A DNA stretch of 64,000 nucleotides, taken from Macrostomum hystrix. Taxonomy: Eukaryota; Animalia; Platyhelminthes. The translations under genes were made by a program, and so were the position numbers. Below are positions 48,701 to 60,548 of this stretch, one piece after another. Under the pieces are notes generated by a model that saw only the letters and a program-made list of their open reading frames with translations, had not been told where the DNA came from and made no database searches. Numbering within the stretch: the stretch's first letter is position 1; every line of letters starts with the position of its first letter. Where the stretch lies: NCBI GenBank assembly GCA_950097015.1, contig CATNEN010000001.1, forward strand, positions 10,230,001 to 10,294,000. Reading direction: 5' to 3'.

Positions 48701-51700
48701 TAGAAATGAACTGAAAGCGCATATAAACAAATGCTAATTGTAATTTGTTCTGATCCCCTGTCCATGGACGGAACAGATTTTGTAAGTGTGCCGCGGAATA
48801 GCTGCGGCTGTGACACTGGCTGTACTCATCATAATTAGAGTCACATTGGGGTTGTAGCCTAGTGGTTTGAGCGTCGGACTCTCGACTTGAACATCGGGGG
48901 TTCGATTCCTGACTCTACTGCAAAAATTGTGTCCTTTAGAAAAACGCTTACCTCTGTATTGCTTCAGCTCACCCAGCTGTAAAGTGGGTATCAGCATCAG
49001 CTGGGGTTATTGAGAGTGGGGTGGGTGTGGCGTCCCACCCAGTCCATGGACTGAACAGTCATACGCAGCCTTCAGATGCGCCGCGCAATAGCTAATTTCT
49101 ACATCCTGTTATGTAGAAAGTATAGACCTATGACTCAGGGGGGTCGGTGGCAGAGCGGTTAACGCGTTTGCCACTCGCACCGAGGTCCCTGAGCTCGATT
49201 CCGCGTCGAGGCCACATTTTTTGGGGCGCAGCCGCGGAGAGAAGGCTTGGGTGCTTGTCATGCAATTTACACCCTTGAGGGCCAACCTCCAAGGCACAGT
49301 GAGAGTGTACACTGCCTGACGATGAGAAAGTCAGGGCAGATGTACACACCTGTGTGAGCGAGTGCCTGCGTACAGTATCTGTGTCTGCGTACAGTATCTG
49401 TGTCTGCGTACAGTATCTGTGTCTGCGTACAGTACCTGTGTCTGCGTACAGTATCTGTGTCTGCGTACAGTATCTGTGTCTGCGTACAGTATCTGTGTCT
49501 GCGTACAGTATCTGTGTCTGCGTACAGTATCTGTGTCTGCGTACAGTATCTCTGTCTGCGTGTGTGCTCAGGAGTCAACGAAATAGGCAGAATTGCCTCC
49601 TCGCTGACTGCGGGTCTACTGTCACTAATTAATGTGCCATTGCCCGCAGCACTCCTGCAATATTTAATTTTTTTTAGGTCTATGACTCAGACCTTGTGTG
49701 ATAGTTCCATCAACGATAGAAAGATTATGAAAAAATCCAGCAACTGCGTATTGGGCGGAGGACTCACCATCGCCAAACAGGGTGCTTTGAGGCTGGCGAG
49801 CCACACCGCCCTCCCATTCGGTTTCGTCTCCGTTGCTAGGAGACGACAGCAGCACGGACCTCGTGTAGTCTTCGGCCTGCACAATTTGCCTAAGAGTTCG
49901 CATGTACAGCAGGCGGTAGTCCTGATAATAGCGGCTGGTTCTGTTGCGCCAAAGCGGCCACCACTTATTGGCCAATGCGCCCTCATTCTCATTGTTGCCA
50001 ACCCACACCGCTAGGCTGGCTCTGTGCTGCAGGCGACGGACGGTGGTTCGAATCTCGGATTCAACGATAGATAAAAACTCAGCGTTAGTTGGATAGAGAG
50101 CGCAGGCGAACGGAAAATCCTGCCAGATCATGATGCCAAGCTGGTCAGCTAGATCGTAGAATTCTGGTCGTTCGATGGTCTGCAGGTGGCGAGATTGACA
50201 GGTAGTTTATGTCTCCATGTCTCTCGAAATATTTTTGTTCCTTTCTACGTAGAAACAATATTTTTGTCACCTAGTCACATCTGTCAATCATCTACTCGTA
50301 TATCACTCATCACCTAGTCACACCTGTCAATCATCTATATCACTCATCACCTGTCAAAGATCTATATCACTCATCACCTGCTCACACCTGTCAATCATCT
50401 ATATCACTTATCACCTAGTCACACCTGTCAATCATCTATATCACTAATCACCTGTCAATCATCTATATCACTCATCACCTAGTCACACCCGTCAATCATC
50501 TATATCACTCATCACCTAGTCACACCTGTCAATCATCTATATCACTCATCACCTTGTCACACCTGTCAATCATCTATACCGCTCATCACCTAGTCACACC
50601 TGTCAATCATCTATATCACTCATCATATATGATGACAATATCAATGATTGACTTCAATGATTAAAGCCGTCAAACTCACCCCTCCACCCCAGACGCGCAG
50701 CATGTTGATCCCGGCGTCAGCTGCCGACTGCATCAACCAGTTGTAGTCGGCGACTGAGGCCCCAGCAATCGACATTCCAATTGGAACAAAATTTGATCCC
50801 TTGATGAATACGGAACGGCCATTCACAGCCAGACCAAAGGTGAGACCGCTTTTCAACTCGCTGCCTACCGGCTTCTGCTCAACCTGGAATCGACGAAACC
50901 CGACTCGTCGCGTCGTCCAGGAATCCGGCCAGCTGCAGTCGGGACCGTCCAGACACAGGCGAACTCTCAGGGTGTACAATGTCTGACTGCCGAAACCATT
51001 CGGCCACCAGAGCTGGGGCTTCTGCTGACGAATTAATTGAACGATTAAACACTTGTTTGCGTATCTATGTCTGACTGATCTCTGTCTGTCTGACTGATCT
51101 CTGTCTGTCTGACTGATCTCTGTCTGTCTGACTGATCTCTGTCTGTCTGACTGATCTCTGTCTGTCTGACTGATCTCTGTCTGTCTGACTGATCTCTGTC
51201 TGTCTGACTGATCTCTGTCTGTCTGACTGATCTCTGTCTGTCTGACTGATCTCTGTCTGTCTGACTGATCTCTGCCTGTCTGACTGATCTCTGCCTGTCT
51301 GACTGATCTCTGTCTGTCTGACTGATCTCTGCCTGTCTGACTCATGCCAATCCAAATCCCCACTTACAATTTTGTCAAACCGTAGATCAACCGTGAAATT
51401 GTTTGCTTCCTTAAATCCTTGTCCCTTAGCAACTGGCGATTGGACACAGCGCTTCACTATCTCAGTGATGTTGTCAATTTTGGCGGCTATACAGATTCGA
51501 CCTTGATTGTGGCGAATACTGTCACCAATGAGTATACCAGCAGTTGCTACCGCCCACCAGACATTGTCAGGCTCGGCTGCTTCCGGTGACGGTGAGGCGG
51601 CGAATTTCACATAGTCTATGGCCAAACCTGGGTAGACATCTAAGTACACTGGACGCCTATTATTGATTTTAAATATATATTTGTACGAGTATTAAAGACT

Positions 51701-54534
51701 TGTTTAAAATCCCAAAAAGACTTTGACTGCTCAAACTGTACTAAATTCTCAAATTTGGTAAAACATGAGCTTTAACAAAAGTTTGCTCAGCAATAGTACA
51801 GTGTCTAATCTACATAATTTTCCGCTCTATCCGATGAAACAACTTCCAGAATCACAAAACATCGGCATCGTCAAGATATTCAACCATTCTCTTTGGGGTG
51901 TCTGGTGGCGAAAACCGCCAGTATTGGCATCATTATTCTGCTCACAAAATGTCATTAAGTAGCCATGTCGGCTATTATCCTATGTTTTATATTTATTTAT
52001 TTATTTAATAATTGATTACACCTGCCCTCCAATTTTGTTAGATGTGCAGCCGACAGCACAGCCGCAGCTAATGCGCGGTGCATCTGAAGGCTGCGTACAG
52101 CTGTTCAGTCCATGGACTGGGGGGACGCCACACCCACCTTCAATTATCCCAGCTGATGCTGGTACCCAATTAACAGCTGGGTGAACTGAAGCAATGCAGA
52201 GTCAAGTACCTTGCTAAAAAACACAAATTGTTCCAGTGGAGTCGGGAATCGAACCTCCGACCTTAAAGTCGTGAGTCCGATGCCCAAACCACTAGGCTAC
52301 AACCTCTCTCACCTATTATATATTGGGAGCCATCCTGAAGCAGGCAGTGGGTATTTGAAATACCCCCGAAAATAGTGTTGTCTTTCTACTGTTACCGCTC
52401 ATCATTAATCCAACGACTGCTCAACCGATTTTACGGAACTGCTCAACCCGCGGCTGTTTCGCTTACCAGAGTCCCGCAGTAGGCACAGCCGGCCCCCAGT
52501 CCCAGCTGAACGAGTAGGCCGGTTTTCTGATGAAATTAAAACTGCACTCCCCGTTGTAGCTATCCGGCGGACAGTCGGGCGGCACCGGATAGCCGTATTG
52601 GCTTGAGTAATCTTGAGCAGCAGACTTGGCGTAGGATACGGGAGAATTGAGCTCAACTGAGAGAATGTTCCATCCGGCCTGTTGAGGGTTGCAATTACTT
52701 TCAGTTGTATTAGGTCATATCTGTCCTCGTAGATAGTGATTCCTTACATTCGTTAGACATCAATTAGACATCAGGTAGACATCGAACCTGATATATATTG
52801 CTACCAACCTGTTAGACGTTGGTACCAATCTGTTAGACATTGGTACTAATCTGTTAGACATTGGTACCAATCCGTTAGACATTGGTACCAATCTGTTAGA
52901 CATTAATACCAATCTGTTAGACATAGCTACCCATCTATTAGACATTAATACCAATCTGTTAGACATAGCTACCAATCTGTTAGACATTGCTACCAATCTG
53001 TTAGACATTGGTACCAACCTGTTAGACATTGGTACCAATCTGTTAGACATTAATACCAATCTGTTAGACATTGGTACCAATCTGTTAGACATTAATACCA
53101 ATCTGTTAGACATAGCTACCCATCTATTAGACATTAATACCAATCTGTTAGACATTGCTACCAATCTGTTAGACATTGGTACCAACCTGTTAGACACAAG
53201 GCCTGTTAGACACCGTGATTTGTACCTGATACAGGTAAATTCAAGCTAAAATACTTCTAAAAACACTCACGGATAGCCAACGCTTAACTTCGACCCTGTA
53301 CTCTCGCCAGTGGCTGTTACATCTGTCAATCAAAGTTTGACCATTAAGCATCACTCGGCCGATAGTGTCCACACCCTCCAGTACGAGGTCAATTGAGTTG
53401 CCAGAAGTGACCAAACTGCTGTTAACTTGGTAACAGAATGGGTAAAGATCAATATTCGGTTTGTAAAAAGTCTTCGATTCCGAATTTTGTCAATGGTAAT
53501 TTTAATTTTTGGTCACTGTACGCGCTCGTATGATCTTTTCTGACTCTGCATAATTTTTCTAATATATCCTGTCACTAGGATCTTATCTGTCACAATTGGA
53601 TCTCTCCTGTCACTCTTGGATCTCTCCTGTCACTCTAGTATCTCTCCTGTCACTCTAGGATCTGTCCTGTCACTCTAGGATCTGTCCTGTCACTCTAGTA
53701 TCTCTCCTGTCACTCTAGGATCTGTCATGTCACTCTAGGATCTCTCCTGTCACTCTAGTATCTCTCCTGTCACTCTAGGATCTGTCCTGTCACTCTAGGA
53801 TCTGTCCTCTCACTCTAGGATCTGTTCTGTCACTCCAGTATCTCTTCTGTCACTCCAGTATCTCTTCTGTCACTCTAGGATCTGTTCTGTCACTCCAGTA
53901 TCTCTTCTGTCACTCTAGGATCTGTCCTGTCACTCTAGGATCCCTTCTGTCACTCTAGGATCCCTTCTGTGGCTCTAGGATCCCTGCTGTCACTCTAGGA
54001 TCCCTTCTGTCACTCTTGGATCCCTTCTGTCACTCTTGGATCCCTTCTGTCACTCTAGGATCCCTTATGTCACTCTAGGATCTTATCTATGCTGCAGAAC
54101 GGCTATTTGGAATGACTAGAAAGACTAGTTTGTCGCACCAGCAAATTTAGCTTCGTAAGTCCAGTTGCAGCTAGCAACCCAGCGAGTCTTGATGTCGTTA
54201 AACTCTCTGATTGGATCCGGTATAATTCCAGCTAGCTTCAGGTCTCGATATACGTCGCCGGGAACATTTCCAGGAACGGAAACTCGACCTGCGATTTGTT
54301 ATACGAGGTTATAACAAAGTTTAGAAGTTTTAAAATACTGAATTTAATTTAGCGGAATGGCTTACCATCCGATGCTCGCAAAGTCCAAGCTAGATTTGGC
54401 GAATTCAACGAAATTTTCTGTCTAACTGGCGTAGAATAGAGCAAAGGTTCGCTTTGCACTACTGCCACGCTCATAGACAGTAGAAATATAAGAACATGAG
54501 TTGATAGATTTGTGCGACAATAGTTGAACACCAT
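45742..54534 (-). CDS. MANBA: Lysosomal beta-mannosidase (GH2), 11 exons
   Basis: Exons 54534-54366, 54288-54139, 53425-53271, 52678-52467, 51656-51368, 51024-50680, 50179-49768, 48710-48400, ~47763-47302, 46612-46430, 45972-45742. Signal-peptide-like N-terminus; FSWDWGP, LWWPNG, KGSNFVP, MLRVWGGG, WQDFPFAC, GNNENE, SEFGFQS, YWQLNDVWAAPTWSS. Confidence 0.93.
46070..46415 (-). mobile_element. tRNA-derived SINE family A, copy 3 (MANBA intron)
   Basis: Reverse complement colinear with the other copies; (aat)n tail. Confidence 0.88.
46740..47238. repeat. Intronic 6/7/13-bp repeat (gggatt-gggaatc)n
   Basis: Tandem low-complexity array in a MANBA intron. Confidence 0.93.
47821..48135. repeat. 21-bp intronic minisatellite (gtgtctaccgggtgtctaggg)
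   Basis: Tandem copies decaying to the right. Confidence 0.9.
48848..49095 (+). mobile_element. tRNA-derived SINE family B with conserved central domain
   Basis: A box tagcctagtgg, B box gttcgattcc; tgtgtcctt..cacccagctgtaaagtgggta body reminiscent of conserved metazoan SINE domains; copies at 45176 and 52045. Confidence 0.82.
49139..49679 (+). mobile_element. tRNA-derived SINE family A, copy 4, with TSD and internal 19-bp expansion
   Basis: TSD CTATGACTCAG at 49128-49138 and 49680-49690; (gcgtacagtatctgtgtct) x~10 at 49368-49560. Confidence 0.9.
50268..50625. repeat. 37-bp intronic minisatellite (cacctagtcacacctgtcaatcatctatatcactcat)
   Basis: Tandem copies in a MANBA intron. Confidence 0.9.
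51068..51343. repeat. 19-bp intronic minisatellite (tgtctgactgatctctgtc)
   Basis: ~14 tandem copies. Confidence 0.95.
52045..52304 (-). mobile_element. tRNA-derived SINE family B copy, inserted in a MITE within a MANBA intron
   Basis: Reverse complement of the 48848 element. Confidence 0.82.
52800..53212. repeat. 21-bp intronic minisatellite (gttagacattggtaccaatct)
   Basis: Tandem copies. Confidence 0.93.
53568..54085. repeat. 20-bp intronic minisatellite (ctgtcactctaggatctgtc)
   Basis: ~25 tandem copies. Confidence 0.95.
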
Positions 54535-54930
54535 TCACGGGAATGCAAGATTTTATCTAGGAAAAATCTGAAATGAGAAAGACATTGTTTGACTCGAAAA
54601 AATTGTGTTCATTATCAATAGTAATCTCAGGTAATATCCTGAGTAAAAAACGGAGTCGAATTTGTTAACTTACCAAAATTTTTGCGAAGCTCTTCAGTAA
54701 GACTAAAGCGAGATTCGTTAGAAGAGGCCAGTTAAAAGTTTGATTACATTTTCAATTGCTGAAATCTAGCCATGTAAATAGGGCTTGCGAAAACTGCCTT
54801 ACGCGCAAGATTATATCTATACCTATATACTTTGTGCACATATTAAACTTATCAACATGTACAATAATGCTAACTTATACACAACTTTTGTCCTGCTTTT
54901 GAAATTCCTTTTGGCTCTTCTGGGTGCCCG

Positions 54931-55972
54931 ACTATAAAGTTTAGGTTTAGCAGTCCGTTGAGACAGGGACTGTAAAGTTTAGGTTTAGCAGTCCGTTGAG
55001 ACAGGGACTGTAAAGTTTAGGTTTAGCAGTCCGTTGAGACAGGGACTGTAAAGTTTAGGTTTAGCAGTCCGTTGAGACAGAGACTGTAAAGTTTAGGTTT
55101 AGCAGTCCGTTGAGACAGGGACTGTAAAGTTTAGGTTTAGCAGTCCGTTGAGACAGGGACTGTAAAGTTTAGGTTTAGCAGTCCGTTGAGACAGAGACTG
55201 TAAAGTTTAGGTTTAGCAGTCCGTTGAGACAGAGACTGTAAAGTTTAGGTTTAGCAGTCCATTGAGACAGAGACTGTAAAGTTTAGGTTTAGCAGTCCGT
55301 TGAGACAGAGACTATAAAGTTTAGGTTTAGCAGTCCATTGAGACAGAGACTATAAAGTTTAGGTTTAGCAGTCCGTTGAGACAGAGACTATAAAGTTTAG
55401 GTTTAGCAGTCCGTTGAGACAGAGACTGTAAAGTTTAGGTTTAGCAGTCCATTGAGACAGAGACTATAAAGTTTAGGTTTAGCAGTCCGTTGAGACAGAG
55501 ACTATAAAGTTTAGGTTTAGCAGTCCGTTGAGACAGAGACTGTAAAGTTTAGGTTTAGCAGTCCGTTGAGACAGAGACTATAAAGTTTAGGTTTAGCAGT
55601 CCGTTGAGACAGAGACTGTAAAGTTTAGGTTTAGCAGTCCGTTGAGACAGAGACTGTAAAGTTTAGGTTTAGCAGTCCATTGAGACAGAGACTGTAAAGT
55701 TTAGGTTTAGCAGTCCGTTGAGACAGAGACTGTAAAGTTTAGGTTTAGCAGTCCGTTGAGACAGAGACTATAAAGTTTAGGTTTAGCAGTCCGTTGAGAC
55801 AGAGACTGTAAAGTTTAGGTTTAGCAGTCCGTTGAGACAGAGACTATAAAGCTTAGGTTTAGCAGTCCGTTGAGACAGAGACTGTAAAGTTTAGGTTTAG
55901 CAGTCCGTTGAGACAGAGACTGTAAAGTTTAGGTTTAGCAGTCCGTTGAGACAGGGACTAAGTTTAGGTTTA
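54931..55972. repeat. 38-bp minisatellite (actgtaaagtttaggtttagcagtccgttgagacagag), ~27 copies
   Basis: Near-perfect tandem copies, no spacers. Confidence 0.97.
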
Positions 55973-56061
55973 GGTTAAAAATAAAGTTTAGGTTTAGCAG
56001 AGTCGTAGTGACGGAAAATACAGACTTGCACATCATACGCGTACTGCCAAAATTGTGCTTT

Positions 56062-57253
56062 CATGGGGAGTGGGACAAAGTAGGAGATGGAAAGAGTGGA
56101 AGATGGAGAGAGAGTGGGAGATAGAGAGAGGATGGGAGATAAAGAGAGGATGGGAGATGGAGAGAGTGGGAGAGAGTGGGAGATGGAGAGAGGGTGGGAA
56201 ATGGAGAGAGTGGGAGATGGAGAGAGAGTGGGAGATGGAGAGAGTGGGAGATGGAGAGAGTGGGAGATGGAGAGAGTGGGAGATGGAGAGAGTGGGAGAT
56301 GGAGAGAGTGGGAGATGGAGAGAGAGTGGGAGATGGAGAGAGGATGGGAGATGGAGAGAGTGGGAGAGAGTGGGAGATGGAGAGAGGGTGGGAAATGGAG
56401 AGAGTGGGAGATGGAGAGAGTGGGAGATGGAGAGAGTGGGAGATGGAGAGAGTGGGAGATGGAGAGAGAGTGGGAGATGGAGAGAGTGGGAGATGGAGAG
56501 AGAGTGGGAGATAGAGTGAGGATGGGAGATGGAGAGAGGGTAGGAGATGGAGAGAGGATGGGAGATAAAGAGAGGATGGGAGATGGAGAGAGTGGGAGAG
56601 AGTGGGAGATGGAGAGAGGGTGGGAAATGGAGAGGGTGGGAGATGGAGAGAGTGGGAGATGGAGAGAGAGTGGGAGATGGAGAGAGTGGGAGATGGAGAG
56701 GGTGGGAGATGGAGAGAGTGGGAGATGGAGAGAGAGTGGGAAATGGAGAGGGTGGGAGATGGAGAGAGTGGGAGATGGAGAGAGTGGGAGATGGAGAGAG
56801 TGGGAGATGGAGAGAGTGGGAGATGGAGAGAGTGGGAGATGGAGAGAGTGGGAGATGGAGAGAGTGGGAGATGGAGAGAGTGGGAGATGGAGAGAGTGGG
56901 AGATGGAGAGAGAGTGGGAGATGGAGAGAGAGTGGGAGATGGAGAGAGTGGGAGATGGAGAGAGAGTGGGAGATGGAGAGAGTGGGAGATGGAGAGAGTG
57001 GGAGATGGAGAGAGAGTGGGAGATGGAGAGAGAGTGGGAGATGGAGAGAGAGTGGGAGATGGAGAGAGTGGGAGATGGAGAGAGAGTGGGAGATGGAGAG
57101 AGTGGGAGATGGAGAGAGTGGGAGATGGAGAGAGAGTGGGAGATGGAGAGAGAGTGGGAGATGGAGAGAGTGGGAGATGGAGAGAGGGTGGGAGATGGAG
57201 AGAGTGGGAGATGGAGAGAGTGGGAGATGGAGAGAGTGGGAGATGGAGAGAGC
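56062..57253. repeat. 16/18-bp purine-rich minisatellite (ggagagagtgggagat)
   Basis: Tandem copies; explains all ORFs in 55975-57392. Confidence 0.97.
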
Positions 57254-57836
57254 ATAAAAATAATGAATGCAAGAAAATAGAAATACAAGTAGTGAAAGTC
57301 AAGCAAGCTGAAGGACAGACATAGCTAACAAGAAGCCTCAGATAAATACGCGCACGTGTCTCCTGTTCCACTCTCTCCTGAACACAAGTCAATTTCTAGC
57401 TACCCTAACAATGGCGGGAGACAATACGAAACTGCAATACGAGCGGAAATGAGTTATTGGCTGCCTAAGTAGCGTGTGAGAACCGAGAACTCAAAAAACT
57501 ACGGAGCACTGTGGATTTGGGGCTTAAAGCAAGAATTCTGCATGCCAGTGTTCCATTGTTACTCACGTGTGGCTTATTGTATTCACAATTCACAACTAGC
57601 CTTCGCTGCCTGCTCTTCGATCTGTCCATCAAAAAATACATCAGCTCCCTTCTGTTTCTAGTTTTTTCTCCCTATCAATTCTCTTCCCCCGTCTTGCTAA
57701 ACTACACCATAGGCAGCTGGGCGCAGGTGTGAAATTGAGAAGCAGGTACAACAGACATTTATGAATGTGATAAAACGAACAGACTGGGAAACGAAATTTA
57801 GCGAGACAGCCACAGGATTATTCAACTGGTGACAGA

Positions 57837-57866
57837 ATGCAAGACGCTAGCGATGACTTCAGCCTT

Positions 57867-57899
<33 letters not shown>

Positions 57900-59560
57900 C
57901 AGCGGACTAATCAATCATCAAGGTAGATTTATGCTTGTCTTACACAGCATTGTGAACTTGCTAAGAATATAATCAACTAGACTAGTTGGGTCTAAAATCG
58001 GATTTTAAATAACATAAGCTCCGTTGTATCCAATCATGAGTCTATGGTTAGAAAGCCCGAGACAGCATTGAATGGTCCATTGGATGGGGCCGAGGACTTT
58101 TAAGCCATAGACTAACCATGATTGTATAAAACAGCTACGACCACTATCCTCTGCTAAAAGCTTCGATTGTCGTTCAAAGAGCATAATCTTTGTCGTTCTA
58201 TTTACTCCAGCACAAGTTCCTGGAATCAACAGTCAGAGTTAAGCGAATCAGACAGTCGTCAACAAAGACAACGTTGTAACAAAGAGCGCCTATCAAATCA
58301 GGTAGCCAGCCTGTACGACTGGTCGCACGGTATTCGCAGCTGCGTCCAGGTGCAAACCTACAACCCAATCGCGTCTTCGTTGCGTCAGAGATTCCCGGTG
58401 AGAAAGCTAGGTGATGCGGCCGGACTGAGCGTTAGGCGCACTTTGCTGGATCGGACTGATGAGACTGGCTCAACAGCCGGCTTGAGCTGGCTCGCTGCCG
58501 CCGGTCATGTCGGTCAAAGCTCTGCCGAGGTTGGCTTTTAATCGTTTTCTTACAGACGCTTATACTAATAATAATAGTAACTAGTAATTGCTGTATGGCT
58601 GCGGACGATGGCACATCATTTGGTGACACTAGAACCGCAGCCAGCGAGGAGACAATTCTGCCCATTCCGCTGACTCCTGAGCACACACGCATACTGGTTT
58701 GTACATCTGCCCTGACTTTCTCATCGTCAGGAAGTGTACACTCTCACTGTGCCTTGGTGGTTGGCCCTCGAGAGCGTAAATTGCCCTTGGTCTTTAGGGC
58801 GTAGTGGCGAACGCGTTAATCACTCTGCTACAAATCTCAAAAGATTAGCCTTTGAACCCTCCAATCAAACATTGTCACTAAATTTGTGCAGAAAAGGTGA
58901 AAAGTTCCTGTCTCTCCGTTGTGTACATTTTTAGCAAAAACCTGCCACCTAAGCTTTTTCTAAGAAATGTACGCAGTTTAAGAAACTAATATCTAACTCT
59001 AATTCACACTAATTTCCCTGTCTTCTTTGACTTCATCAACTGACCAGCTAAGAGAGTCGACAAAGACCACCATCACAACAAGCAGGACCAAATCGGACAG
59101 TGTGTCACTGAGACTGCTGCCAACACTTCGCAGACTGCACAGCCTTACCCTGCCGCAGGAGTCGACTCACTATCCGCACTACCAGCTGTTGCATCGGCAT
59201 CAGCAACCGGATCAATTGTTTCAGCAGCAGTGGCAGCTTCAGCGGCAGCAGAGTTTTCAAATTCTTCAAGCCAATCATCGGCTGAGAATTTGTCGCTGCA
59301 TTCAGCATCGTCGAAAGCAGATCTATGTCAGCCGGCATCGCGGACCAGTCTGTCTGATCTGCGGCTTAGCGTTCATTGACAATGCGGACGTCATCGCGTC
59401 CTCGAATGGAGCCAGCTCTGATGGCGGGGTTGCTATCCATGAAAGCTGCGGTCCGCTAATGCCACTGAGGGCTCCACCGACGACTCCAAACGGTCGGGTG
59501 ACCTCGTTGATGACTTCGAGAAGTCTGGAGCAAGATGAACATGACGGAGATGCAGACTGA
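57837..59560 (+). CDS. Hypothetical Gln-rich protein, 3 exons, ~305 aa, with a CxxC...HxxC motif
   Basis: Exons 57837-57922, 58211-58529, 59048-59560 splice in frame; poly-Q N-terminus; CLICG...HESC near C-terminus; AATAAA at 59591. Confidence 0.6.
58560..58830 (-). mobile_element. tRNA-derived SINE family A, copy 5 (internally deleted)
   Basis: Reverse-complement match to the family A 3' half and head. Confidence 0.8.
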
Positions 59561-60548
59561 AAATCTTGATGTTGTCATCCAGCTATTAACAATAAAAGGG
59601 CCCGGTTCGACTGCTGCTTATTGGTAGTATGAATATTTTCGCCGTTATAATGCCATTTACGCACGTATTACGTTTTATATGTGGGCTGATTTCGGGGTGG
59701 ACCGATAGCCAGCTGTCGTGTCTTTTGTTCGTCTTTGCAGCTGGAGTCAGTTTCTCTCTCGAAGCAGTCAAGTTGATGATGATTTTTGCGGGGCTTTGAT
59801 TCACGTCGTTTAATTACAACTTAAATAAATACAATATGCATTTATAAAATGTTCTTTGAACAAGACTTTGAACTATACTCTACTTAATCATACTCTCACA
59901 AAAAATGGCTTCAGAGACCGAGGTTGAGTCAGCTTAAGTCATGAGCATAGCAATCCCATTTAACTTGGAGACAAGTAGAAAAAAAGTCACCCTACTGTCG
60001 ATTTAAAACTTTTCCCAGTGTGTTTTTAACGGCTGCCTCAGAAGGTGTCGCAAATTTTAACTCTGGCACAGCAGAAGCTCGATTCAGTCCATGTATGGGG
60101 AGCATGCTGGACACCGCAGCTGCCAGCAAGTTCCTCCCACAAGAAGAAACTAAATACTATCTAGCTTTTTTGCGATTTGAACCCCGTTGGCAACTAAAAA
60201 TTCACACAAATGGTAAGTACTAGTTGCGAATTTGCCTGCGATTGTAGATTATCGCGCTCTAGGCTATCAACGAACGATAACTAGACCATTACAAGATTAT
60301 AGAAGGCACTTGGAGACTAAGAAAAGAAAGAAAATCTGTAAATATATTAAAAGTAACGTGAAGTATTAAAGCATACATTACATGCTTTGTTAAAACGTGT
60401 GTTGTCTAAAACATTTCGCACGGTCTTAAAAAGTTTATTGCGATCTTGGAAAACAATATGCCATAGTCAGTTAAGGTAATAACACGGAGATTCCGTTAGT
60501 CAGAAAAATTTCTTCGATAAAAACCTATTTCATAAGTTTTAGCAAAAA

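Noticed and set aside
54931-55972. 38-bp array as CRISPR or telomeric sequence (TTTAGG)
   Set aside because: Units are contiguous without spacers; TTTAGG-like words are only part of a longer unit and the array is interstitial.
55975-57392. Long ORFs over repeats (also 20406-21705, 26082-27005, 27478-28140, 42023-42734, 46335-47309)
   Set aside because: Stop-free translations of minisatellites in several frames and both strands; several lie in introns of real genes.
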